A stretch of 62,206 bases of DNA, filler included, from Choristocarpus tenellus KU-1152 (lineage: Eukaryota; Protista; Phaeophyceae): the NCBI GenBank assembly GCA_964200185.2. It is 10 parts of 10 records of this genome, joined end to end, with 100 filler letters (N's around TTAATTAATTAA, not from the genome) between each part and the next. Parts side by side here need not be neighbours in the genome. Positions count along the whole stretch, not along the records: positions 1 to 4,444 come from CAXNAD020014529.1; positions 4,545 to 11,320 come from CAXNAD020007374.1; positions 11,421 to 14,242 come from CAXNAD020024451.1; 7 more parts are not named here. One strand, written 5' to 3'. A model generated the notes under the pieces. It saw only the letters and a program-made list of their open reading frames with translations, did no database searches and was not told the origin of the DNA. How positions within the stretch are numbered: position 1 is the stretch's first letter; each line of letters starts with the position of its first letter. The translations under genes and the position numbers were made by a program. Positions 1-11,753 of this stretch are shown in pieces.

Positions 1-96
1 TACGTCGGATGGATAATATAATGCACTTTTCCTTATTTTGCCCCAAATGGACCCCCTGGTGTAGATCCCCCCCCCCCTCCCCAGATACTTTAGGAC
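1..96 (+). mobile_element. Terminal fragment of a G/C-tract MITE family
   Basis: Near reverse complement of about 25885-25981; ends in poly-C-AGATACTTT like the other MITE termini. Confidence 0.7.
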
Positions 97-1061
97 AAGA
101 ATCCTAAGTGCTGGGGTGAATACTGAGTATTCTCTCCGGTTTGAAGAGACCAGGTAGGACCTCCATGTTACAACACGCTCCAGTCCACAAGCCTATAGTC
201 GACGATGATGGGCGTAAAGAACTACTGATGCACAAGTTGTCAAGTATGCTGAATCTCACTTGAATTATTCCCTTCATAAGTATATTAAAAATCGTCATAT
301 AAAAGGAACTGGAACCAATGTGCCATCGGGGGGTATGATAGTAAATAAATAATAAATACATTGTCAAGATTTACAAATTCACCAAACCTAGGACTTCAAA
401 GTCATGACGGTGTCATGAAACCGCCATCAAGACATATTGCCTGTAACAGCCCCCCCTATCTGTGCCTTTTCTCCTGTCTGTGGTGCTGCCCAAGTACCGT
501 GCCTGCTCAGTGGGGTAAGCTCTCCTTCTCCCCTATATTTCCCAGCGCAGTCCCATGGGTTTATCCAGGCACACAGCCCCATTGTTTCTTTCCTCAAGCA
601 CAGTTCCTACTACTTGGCAGAGTGTCTTTCCTTTTTCCTCTCCGTTACCCACAAACAGGATTCCGCTCTGCATAGTACCCCAATGTTTCTAGTCATAGAA
701 AGGTCAGCAGTAACCCATTCATTATGGCTGTTACAAGTGAGTCACAGAACTACATACTCATCTGAATGCATCTAATTCTCTCAAGGCAGGGAAATTCTGT
801 TGACACAGGGTGAAGAAATTATTGTAACGTGAGGGGATCAAGCACACTAAAGGATGTTGCAAGGTACAACTGGGAGAAAAAGGAAGAGAATTTTTGCCAT
901 ATGTTCGTCTGAGAAACAGACACGAATACCGTAACACAAGTGGAGTGCAGACCACACTCCCACCCCGATCACTCTGAATCAACATTTTTCACATGTTGGA
1001 AGCTCCGATAAAGTGAAGTCGGTAACCTCACGTGCCCAAATGGACCTTAAGGTTAGGGTCT

Positions 1062-1170
1062 GAGTGAAAGTATCTCAGAGAGTAAGATTTTTTCCCTGTT
1101 TGTCTGTCTGAGGCTCGGCTTCGCACGACTTTCTAATGACATTTTCCTACTCCGTAGGTAAAATGCACAT
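1062..1170 (+). mobile_element. Partial, degenerate copy of the 261-bp Sola2-like MITE
   Basis: Starts GAGTGAAAGTATCT and contains ATGACATTTTCCTACTCC like 34587-34847. Confidence 0.65.
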
Positions 1171-1711
1171 TTTTCGTCTTGACAATTTCCCTCAAACTCC
1201 ACCTTTTGGCACCTCTTAAGGGGTCTGATGGTACCGAGGAAAATGAGTACGAACAGAAGGGCAAATGTTGAACTACCACTCACTGGACCCGCGTCTTTTA
1301 TGGTTCTTTAATTAAGGACAAAGAACAGCTTGATGTAGATGAACAAAGTTGGTATTTACAAGGGTCTCTATGATCTCGATTCCGCTGACTGAATATGTGG
1401 GTGAGATGAGTCTATACAACCATTACTATTCTACAGTGTGGGGTTTGTAATCGTCCACACTAACTTACTATGAATAACTTATTTACGTGTCTTAGTATTG
1501 AAAGTGTATCTTGAACAATATATAAAAACCAATCAACACTATGAGTCAGTACATATAATATATCTGTCACTGGCTCTCCATCCTATTATCCAATCCACCG
1601 GTGGTGTCTACGTGTATCAGCAGTACTACCTACGAACAGCAAACCGTGCCAAACTGCTAACTAATGGGCCAAACCAAACAAGAGGTGTGCAGGGGCACAT
1701 TATAAAGATCC

Positions 1712-1972
1712 GAGCCAAAGTATCTTCGAGGGTAGAGCCGCGTCCATTTGAGGACCAAAATCCAATGTTGCGATTTCGATGTAAATTTGGCTATCGTGTT
1801 TGTTAGTAGGAAGTGTCAATATCCTTGTTCCGGAGGCACCTTTTCATAGCTTGTACATCTTACCTACTCCGAGATGTTTTGGAGTAGAAAAATGTCATAA
1901 GAACCCCGAGAGAAAACAAGCCCCAAATGGACAAACAGGGCCAAACTCGTACCCTCTAAAATACTTTCACTC
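1712..1972 (-). mobile_element. 261-bp MITE with GAG...CTC termini and 4-bp TSD ATCC (Sola2-like)
   Basis: Imperfect TIR of about 23 bp (GAGCCAAAGTATCTTCGAGGGTA / TACCCTCTAAAATACTTTCACTC); ATCC at 1708-1711 and 1973-1976; diverged reverse-complement copy at 34587-34847. Confidence 0.85.
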
Positions 1973-2358
1973 ATCCAGAAGACGCAAGTTGATACAATTG
2001 CAGGAAGAACCTTTGCTTGATTGTGATGTCACCTTGTGTGTGGAAAGGTGGAACATCAATTTGGCGTAAACTATTGTGCACATAAAGCGATGAAATATAA
2101 TGTATTGCACAGCGTAAGAAAGATGGGTTAGGATACAAAAGGGTCAAACCTACCTACCTCTCAATTGATTGGCTCAATATCAGTCGCTGAGGATGCCAAG
2201 TGCAAAATAAGACAAATATTCCCGAGAAATACTCACCAGTCCTGTGTGCGGAACCAGGTGCAAGAAAGGTACGTACCCCAAACAGTGTATTGGGACAACA
2301 ATTTGAAAAATTTAGAGATCAACTTACTATCGTGTGATGGATAAATGACACTTCTTGA

Positions 2359-2462
2359 CAGTGACGCTTCCACCTAGGACTACCTTCTAAATAACACCAA
2401 TTTGGTAGTATCAATATTAATCTTCAACCTTTTGTAGGTAGTCCTAGGCGGATGGGTCCCTG
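2359..2462. mobile_element. 104-bp mini-MITE / fold-back (CAG...CTG, Tc1/mariner-like)
   Basis: Imperfect inverted repeat of about 33 bp with core CCTAGGACTACCT / AGGTAGTCCTAGG; TA on right flank, GA on left. Confidence 0.55.
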
Positions 2463-4444
2463 TAATCTATATTAATATTCCATAAAACATTCTTTACGTT
2501 TGGTCTGGAGACTATCCCAACCCATCAGAGCTACTACACACTATACAACTTATCATATAATTGTGTCTAACTGTTGCACTGAACGACTATCAATATACTG
2601 CCTTCATCTCTGCCTTGTTGCTCGCCCGTTGGGTTCAGCCATCTAACTGCTCATCGCCTCACCTCCCCCATTGAATCTTGTACTGGACCCGCTTTAACAC
2701 TCTCACCTCAATCTCGGTTAAGTGTTTTTGTTATGTTAGGACAGATAGGGTAGTACAGGGTGTACGACCTCTTGTGCTCTCCATGTGGGGTTTATATAAT
2801 CGAAACCAGACTCTTGTGAAAATAAATCAACCTATACCTAAGCGTGTTTATGACTCAATGGCTGATGAGGCCGTTTCCTGTATGGATTTAAGGGGTTGGA
2901 ACCACATCGATGACAGCCTTCTTTTTATGCAAACTGCTTTCAATTATCTGAAGTCCATGTGGCAATGACTGCAACGGTTTTTGTACACCTGTACTATCCT
3001 ATGTATTGCTCCCCCACAAAAACGCTGTATAAAGAATGAGTGGACAAGACTTCATTGTCAAGCAGCGCCGAAATGAGTCTACAACAAATTTGAGGGAGGA
3101 GGTGGAGCGATGAGTGGTGGGATGGCTGACCCCATCATACAAGAAGCAAGGCAGGAACAGAGGTAGTACGATTCGTCGTGGTTCGACATTTGTTGCAATA
3201 CCTAGTATGACAATAACTATTATAGTATAATAGTATAGCGTGTATTGCCTCTGAACACGGGTCAGGATAGTTCCCCAACTAAAGTGAAACAAAGTGTAAT
3301 AACAACATTTAGGCATCAAAGTGCGCACAGGAAGAATAAAAATAACTACGGAGTCCATTTCCCCCCCAAAACTCGATCTTTACGTAATTAAAAACTACAT
3401 ATGCTTCCCTTTCCCAGTTACTATTATTACGATTTTCTAAAATCTCACGACTATCCCCACCCATGGCCAGAGATTCTGCGCACTCCGCTAATTCTCATAG
3501 AGACATCTGTTACAGCACGCTCCACAACTCACCTCCACAGGATGTGCAACTCAAATCCAACGACCTTTGAATAAATGACGCTATGGGGGCATTGCCTTTG
3601 ATAACAGTTTCTTGGTGTCGGACAGCCTTCTCTCGATACTCCACTCAGTCCGTAGCTCAAAGCTCAACTCATTGTTTCGTTAAAGATAAATGACTGTCTT
3701 TAAAAGGGGGTGATGGATGGTGACCAAAAGCCCTTTTATTATTTTCACCATCCACCCATTTTCCTTAGACTTCTATGGTAGAAGACATCTTCAAACTGCT
3801 GTATACATACTCCAATCACAAACCTTCATTCTGCAACTTCTAGGGACTTTGACATTTCTTCTGTAAGGTTACTTATGCATTACGAATCTTATTCTGCATC
3901 TTCTAAGGAATCACCATTTATTCTGCAAGGCTACGTATGTGCTACTTATCTCGTATACTACTCGCGCTTGATAGAACACGAGAAGAAATGCTCGCGATAT
4001 TCACCTGTACCACGTCCACTTTAACTAACTACCGATTGTCAGTGATGAAGCTAATGATGTCATGGCCGAGATCAGTGGATGGGTTTAAAATCTATGGTTT
4101 TGTATCTGCAAGTAGATCAAAGTATTTATAACAGGAAGATAGGTGTATCCCTTGAGATAGTGATTTGATTGCTAGAGGCCGAAGTATTTGATGAAGTCCT
4201 AATGTATGTATGGTGGTGTGACATATGAAGGATATTCCACCAGGTCCACCAAGGTTCACTCTCATCACCACAAAATTCCTCCTATGCTGCATCGTATTTC
4301 AGTGAAAGGGCATACAACCACGACACACAGTCCTATAAAATGCTCTTATTGTGAAGACTGGGTGTGATACTATTGAAGTGACTGTGCAAAAGTTTCGAAG
4401 TATCTGGAGGGGGGGGGGGGTAGAGTAGTAGATAGATCTGTACA

Positions 4445-4544
4445 NNNNNNNNNNNNNNNNNNNNNNNNNNNNNNNNNNNNNNNNNNNNTTAATTAATTAA
4501 NNNNNNNNNNNNNNNNNNNNNNNNNNNNNNNNNNNNNNNNNNNN
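4445..4544. other. Artificial contig linker (44N + TTAATTAATTAA + 44N). Identical linkers at 11321-11420, 14243-14342, 19185-19284, 26061-26160, 30120-30219, 34050-34149, 46711-46810, 50134-50233
   Basis: Nine identical 100-bp spacers carrying a six-frame-stop 12-mer; genes are truncated at them. Confidence 0.97.
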
Positions 4545-6430
4545 AGGGTAAAGATGATCAACCTGGATAGATTGCTTGGTGTCTGTAGAGTATTTGATTA
4601 AATTTAGGTGGGGCATGCAAGGCCCCATAAAATCATACCACTAATTGATTGTTCCATTAGTCCATACATATTTTACCGTAACTGTCCGATAGAGTTGGTA
4701 GAGTCTAATCGAACACGCGCTGTGAGTCAGCAGCCCATGCAGCTCATAGCTCCAGAGATGAAATTGTGCGACATGTACTGCTCGTCATTGGAGGACACCG
4801 CAGATTTTGTCATTCGTCTCGATCATATCTGGACATTAGTACGAGCAGCTGGAGGCAGCCAAGATCATGCCAAGAAAGGAGCTCTGATAGGCATCAGGGA
4901 CAGCATGCCACAAGTATTTGCACGGATGTGTCCGTGTGGAGGACGAGATCCCCATGCAGCTTGACAAAGGACGCACGGAGGATGAGATCCCTGTGCAGCT
5001 CACCGGAAGTCGCGCAGCCTTGTGTTTCCTGCTGGGACAGGCCACAAAAGGGGGGCCGCAGCAACGGTGATCAGTACTCATGAGAGTATCAGCAGCCCTG
5101 ATGGAGGGCTGCCTGGCTCGAATTAGAGTCAGAAAAGGAAAAAAACAGAGGAGGCTTGTAAGCAAAGGGCTGCCTGCACAAGACTTGCTGCTTGTGCTGA
5201 GAAGCCTGCAGGGTAGACCAGGTACTCAGAGCACATCCTGGAACAACTATGGAGATTAAGGACACCTTCAGATCGTTTGTTGCCAGAGGAGAGCGACACT
5301 GTCTAGAAAAGTTGGTGACCTCAGCACAGGTGACTTTTCAGTCTGAAGCCAAACTGCTGGAGTTAGTGGGGGAGCCAGGTCTGGACATACTTAGGGAGTT
5401 AGAGGTTCCTGATGGCCGCACTGTCAAGGCAGAGAACGCAATCTATGGGCTGAAGCAGTCAGCAATGGAATGGCAACATGAACTACGAAACATTATTTTA
5501 GCAGAAGGGTGGACAAGCAGTCAACACGACGAGTGCTTCTACTTCAAGAAGAGTGAAGACGGACGCATCGCCATCCTTACTACCTATGTGGACGACACTG
5601 TCACCACTGGGGAATTCACAGAGGAAATCCAGAGGATGAGGGTATCACTGCTGGAGAAGTGCGAGGGGCGGGACCTAGGTACGCCAGACAAGCTTATTGA
5701 GGTGGGCATCACTGTGGGTGAGGACGGAATCACCCTGGACCAACAGATGCAGATAAGTGGCAGGAGACCATGGAGAAGGAAATGACAGAATTATGGAAGG
5801 AGACGTGTGGCATTAAGTATATTCCAACACGCAAGCAATTTGGCAAACGTGTTAATCAAGTTTTTACGCAAGAATTTCATCTCTGATTTTGTGCATTCTG
5901 TGCTTTCGCATTGAGACTGAGCTGTAGTCAGCAACTTTGCTGCACGCTCATGGGGGAGTGTGCAATATAGGCTGGTAATCTATATCGCTTATACGTGTTT
6001 AGTGACCACTGCTAGACAACAGGAATGTTGACTTAGTGGAACAAGTGTCACTGACTTTTTTACCTGTGCTTAGAGTCATAAGTTCGAATATCAGATTATT
6101 CGATTCTTATTACCCGATATTGAAGGATTGACGGAGGATTACTGACATATTACTAGATCTAGATACACAGGAAAAGTGACATAGTACGACCAACGGCAAG
6201 GCATTTTCGATGTGTCAGCTGATGTGCCAGTACGACCAACGGCAAGACACTTTTTGATGTGTCAGCTGATGTGCCAACTGACGCGTGCAATAAGAAACAA
6301 GAGAGAGCATCCCCACCTCAAGGGATAGTGCTCACTTCGCTATTAAATACACCCATACAACACAATGCAAAGACTATTGGAATAGCTTTTTTTTGCATAC
6401 ATAGTACCTCAATAGAAGTAGTAGAGATTT
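4545..6430 (+). mobile_element. Decayed, internally deleted Ty1/copia LTR retrotransposon (gag remnant, RT remnant, PPT, 3' LTR)
   Basis: ORF 5249-5785 has copia RT motifs AIYGLKQSAMEW, DECFY, TYVDD; gag-like remnant 4740-5060; RNase H tail YIPT near 5820; PPT GGGGGAG 5952-5958 followed by TG. LTR end not determined. Confidence 0.85.
6183..6276 (+). repeat. Two tandem copies of a 46-47 bp unit inside the copia LTR
   Basis: AGTACGACCAACGGCAAG...GATGTGTCAGCTGATGTGCC repeated twice. Confidence 0.9.
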
Positions 6431-9040
6431 GCTCAGTTTCTTGGAAAGTGATGTTTTGATCGTTGTATTATGTTCGTAATAGTATGTAACTAGTACTGTT
6501 AGATTAACTCAAAATTTCTTCATGTAGTCGATTATAATCCAAGTGCATATGCAGGGGACAAATTGAATGAGGAGTGCAAGCCACCGAGCTCTGTGATAAT
6601 AGCACCCAATGCACCTTTGGGTGAAGAATATTGATTCAACATCACTCCACAAATTTCCGGTTCAGGTCATATTCGTCTTCTTCAATCAAATCGTATTGAT
6701 TCAACCACTACGATTCACAAACCTATACTAGTGAGTGTAAAAATATCATAACAACAATATCGACGATTTATGGTAGTACCAAGTTGTAGCGAAATAGTGG
6801 TCAAAATGGGTACCACGTATCCTTCTTCCAACATCAGTGTATAAATTTCGATACTGTTAAAGGACACATACGGTACTTGTTTCAAGACATCACATTCTCC
6901 AAGACTGCTGAACGTTGTCCCTCTATGGTTGAGGATGGTAGAAGTATAGTACTTTACATTAACCCAATGTGGTACATCCTACCTGCTATAGGGCATCAGA
7001 AAGAGTGAGGCAAGGGAATTGGACAATAGCACCAGTCATCAGCTAGAATGTTGCAAACAAGGTAATCAAGCCTAGACTGAAAGAGTGGAAGCCAGGACAG
7101 GGCCAAACAACTACTTCAGTGTCCACCAGCTCCAGGAGGAAACAAAAGGTATTGCTGAATTTGGAGCAGGTATTCCTTGGGAGCCTTGCCCACACAGGCT
7201 CTACTACAAAGACATGCACTTATGCATTAAGTCATCACATCAAAGCTTGAATATTTGCATAAACATTTTGTACATTGTGAGTGTTCAACCTGCCTGGGAT
7301 GACTGTACCTTTTATGAAAAATGAACACTTGAGATGGAGGCCATGACAGACAAAGGTATGGTGTAGAAGGAAGAGGCAACACAAGCATCAATCGATCCAT
7401 GGGTAAGAGGAAGATGAATAAAGTATGCACACGGTGTCTTGGGCAACATACACCAATTGTGAGTTGGTAGAACATTGATTCAGGTGTGTGTGATTCTGTT
7501 GGTTGGTTGCTATATCACGTGGATGAAGTCGGACTGCTGCATACCCTGAACAAGGTCGGAACATTTTGGTGTCTTGTACCATCTATTCAAGTTGATGGTG
7601 CAGTGACAGGTATTTGGAAGTACAGTTGTTAGGAAGGCAAGGAACCAATTCGATTCTCAACATGGAGGGTCATGATGCACCTGTAACATGTATGGTCTTC
7701 ATATCACTCCCAGTGAAACATGTTGTTCCACAGTGGTCACACAAGCCAACAGACAGGTGAGTAAAGCAACATGAGATGAACACTGCCTGCATGGAACTGT
7801 CACGCTCCTTCTATCATTGCCAACAGCATACAACATGAACAATAATCACACCCACCCCAAAGGTGTGGACGTTTTGCGTAGTCCACGATGAATGGTATTT
7901 GGAAACCACACAAGTAACACAAGAAAGAGAGTGTAATTGTACTGACCGTGATGCTGAGTTGTAGAGCCACCTTTCAGTGAAGAAAGAACATCACAGGAGG
8001 TATGATGTAAAGTCGTTTAAGAGATACATCATCCAATAGATACGAAAAAGGCCACATGCTTGTCTAGGGGAAAATTATTTTCGATAAAATTGAATCAGCC
8101 TTTGTGTACTTCTCAACGTAGTCATTCTTCGGTTCACCACCGGTGAAACAGCCAGTAAAATCCTTGTCACAGTCAACTGTGATGTCCTGGAAGATTGTGT
8201 GACTAATTCATCTAACAGTCACCCTTATGCCAGATGGCAACAACCCATCCATCTACAACGTAGATAAAATTCTGAAGTCATTCCTTTAAGGCTTGTCAGT
8301 CACCTCCACCCTGGGATGTTTTGATCAAAATACTTACCTCAATCCTATCCCTTTGAGTCCAGTTGGTCGCTCCATCCGTGAAATGTCTTGACTAATGTGA
8401 TGATTTCCAAAATGTAAACTCAAGGAGTCCTGTCGACCAACCTACCCTGAAATATCCCAATTAAGGAACTCTCCAAGACCCATATACGCTGGAGTCCTGC
8501 CCACCAACTCATCTCTGAAACCTCTCCATCAAACTGATTCAGAAATTTCAACACATGAAATGTGCCTGACCAAGTCACCCCTTCAATATCATTTTCAAAG
8601 AATGCTCCTACAGGTTGTTCCTGGAGACTGTTATTTGTGTTAGTGTGGAAGAAGAGAAAAGAAAGAGGGAGCCTCACACAATTCCCCCTACCTGAACGTG
8701 ATGAGGTGATTGAAAAGAGGAGTGATAAAATTAGAGATGGTGAGGCTTGACTGAGCACCATTTTCTTCCAGAAGGAATCACTGAAACTCAACACTTACAA
8801 CGCTTCTAGAATACCCCATCAAGATATAGAATTAGAAAGTCTCGAACAAGTGGATTTCAAAACCCAGAATTGATTCTCCATAATATTTCCCTAAGATAAG
8901 AAATATGAACCGGAATGCTTTCGGTTACATAGTACTGTAATTCATGCATACATATGATATTTTCCACAATAATACGCCCATCTAACCTCAGCCACTTCCT
9001 GATCTATGTCATATCCAAAAGCTTGGCTGAGGTATTCTGC

Positions 9041-10909
9041 TCAATACCCTGCCCACCAATACTCATCCGCTTCCTCTGACAACCCATCCTCATCTTCCTC
9101 CTCCCCATCTAATTCATGTCCAAGGGTCAGCTTGAACTCAGACGGTCCCACTATTCCATCGACTGTCCGGTTGAACATACATCCAAGCATGAGTTCTCGG
9201 AGGCGTTCAGGCCACCTAACCTCACCCAAAGGCTGATCGAAGTAATATCCAAAGGTCAGCTGCTTGAGCTCAGTAGGCTACACTACTCCATTCACTGGAT
9301 GTTTGACCTTAGATCCAAAAGCAAGCTGTCGAAGCTCAGAAGGCCACTTCACTCCATCAACTGCTTGATTGAACCAAGTGCCAAACCTCAGCACCTGCAG
9401 CCCGGTTGGCCACTGTACCTCATCCACTGCCTGATTGAACATAATCCCAAAGGTCAGCACCTGCAGCCCCGTTGGCCATGCTACTCCATTTACTGGCTGG
9501 TTGAAATCCCATCCAAAAACAAGATGTCGAAGCCCAGAAGGCCACTTCACTCTGTCAACTGCTTGATCGAAACAATCGCCAAACCTTAGCACCTGCAGCC
9601 CCATTGGCCACTGTACTTCATCCACTGCCTGATTGAAGTTACGCCCAAAGGTCAGCACCTGCAGCCCCGTTGGCCACGCTACTCCATTTACTGGCTGATT
9701 GAAAAACCATCCAAAAATAAGCTGTCTCAGCCCAGAAGGCCACTTCATTCCGTCAACTGCTTGATTGAAATAATCGCCAAACCTCAGCACCTGCAGCCCC
9801 GTTGGCCACTGTGCCTCATCCACTGCCTGATTGAAGACCACTCCAAAGGTCAGTTCCTTGAGCTCAGCCGGCCACGCTACTCCATTTACTGGCTGGTTGA
9901 ACACACCTCGAAAATCAAGCTGTTGAAGCCCGGAAGGCCACTTAACTCCGTCAACTGGTTGATTGAAGTAATGGCCGAACCTCAGCACCTGCAGCCCTGT
10001 TGGCCACTGTACCTCATCCACTGCCTGATTGAACTCACCTCCAAAGGTCAGTTCCTTGAGCTCAGCCGGCCATGCTACTCCATTTACTGGCTGATTGAAT
10101 ATCCGTCCAAGATCAAGCTGTTGAATCCCAGACGGCCACTTCACTCCATTTATTGACTGGTTGACCATCCGTCCAAGATCAAGCTGTCGAAGCCCAGAAG
10201 GCCACTTCACTCCATCAACTGCTTGATTGAAACCACCGCCAAACCTCAGCACCTGCAGCCCCGTTGGCCACTGTACCTCATCCACTGCCAGATTGAAATG
10301 ATCTCCAAAGGTCAGCTGCTTGAGCTCAGTGGGTCAAGATACTCCATTTACTGGCTGGTTGAACCTATTTCCAAAATCAAGCCGTCGAAGCCCAGAAGGC
10401 CACTTCACTCCATCAACTGCTTGATTGAAACAATGGCCGAACCTCAGCACCTGCAGCCCCGTTGGCCACTGTACCTCATCCACTGCCTGATTGAAGCCAT
10501 CACCGAAGGCTAACGGTTGGAGTCGTGACGGCCACAATACGCTATCTAGTGTCCCGTGGAATCGCTCAACATATCTCAGCTGTGGGATACCAGTGGGCAA
10601 ACCAACAATGGTCAAAGTCTGCCTTTGGTTGGAGAACAAGGCCAGTTCGTCGAGATCCCACTTCAGTCCATTCACACAAAGAGCAGGAATACGTGATGCT
10701 CGATTGCTCTTCCTCCCCCGCAGTAGTCCGAAACTTGCCAGGATTCCAGGGGGAGTATCCAACTCAACCTTCACATGAAACCCCACCCTCTGGCGACACT
10801 CATTGCAGATGGCTAAACTGGTCAATTGAAGGTGATTGATACGCCCAGCCCGAATAAAGCCAGAACTAGCCACGAGGCCTAGGACGAAATGGCACTGTTC
10901 TCTCGGCAT
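9041..10909 (-). pseudogene. Intronless FNIP-repeat (22-aa LRR-like) gene with 21 repeats and two in-frame stops (TGA 10334-10336, TAG 9278-9280); pseudogene or recoded gene
   Basis: ORFs 10334-10972, 9278-10285 and 9041-9229 share one frame; repeat consensus WPxxLxxLxFGxxFNQxVxxVx; first in-frame ATG at 10909; acidic C-terminal tail. Confidence 0.85.
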
Positions 10910-11753
10910 GCCTTGAGTATGTTTTGGGACAAGACTGGGTGGTGGGTCCCTTTTTTGGGTGGATGGGTTCACATTGAATGCAGGTTATGATATTTTTGAA
11001 TGAGTATTCAAACTTCCTATAAACTTTTCAATAATACAAAATAATATTAATTGTTTGTACCATATACATGCTGTGCTGATGCATGGATGGACCAATAGAC
11101 GGTTTGATTCTTCATGGTTTGATTGGTAGATTGATAGATTGTCAGATAGATTTGATGTATGAATGAAGTACAATGATATACTATTTTATATTATTATGCC
11201 CTCTGACATTTTGCAGATGTGTCAGGGGGAATCCAATGAAAACTATATACACATGTGTGAATCGTTTGATTCTGTGGCGGCGTGGTTCACTCAGGCAAGG
11301 GTGATGAAGAGAATCACCGGNNNNNNNNNNNNNNNNNNNNNNNNNNNNNNNNNNNNNNNNNNNNTTAATTAATTAANNNNNNNNNNNNNNNNNNNNNNNN
11401 NNNNNNNNNNNNNNNNNNNNGTCGTGTGAGGCTTCACACCTTCTTATCTTCACTACTAACAAATAGCATTACCTCCCAAGGTAATTTGCACAGTTCTAGA
11501 TAAATACGACTTCAAGCGTAAGGGTCGCAGGTCCAATCTTTCAGTCATAATCAGATGGATGAGTCACGGCAAGGGACCGAGGAGCTCCACCATCTTCTAG
11601 GAAAATGTTCACACTCCTATCATACATACACCTCAACTGAAAACTGTCGTATGTTGAGTGTAACGGAATCCGATCTCTGCTACCTAGACTAATACTGATG
11701 AAGAAATCTTGAGAAAAGGAAGAGAAAAGAGATGTGCATGCCCTTTTGCCAAT

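Noticed and set aside
660-3570. Possible small exons in contig 1 (near 660-737, 2003-2048, 2190-2269)
   Set aside because: Plausible splice sites but no consistent frame or recognisable protein
9116-10513. Plus-strand repetitive ORFs (PQHLQPRWPL...)
   Set aside because: Antisense shadows of the FNIP repeats, interrupted by stops
9041-10520. FNIP array as a CRISPR array or DGR
   Set aside because: Units are in-frame coding repeats with only 6 variable nt; no spacers, cas genes, DGR-type RT or template repeat seen, and the nearby RT is a decayed copia
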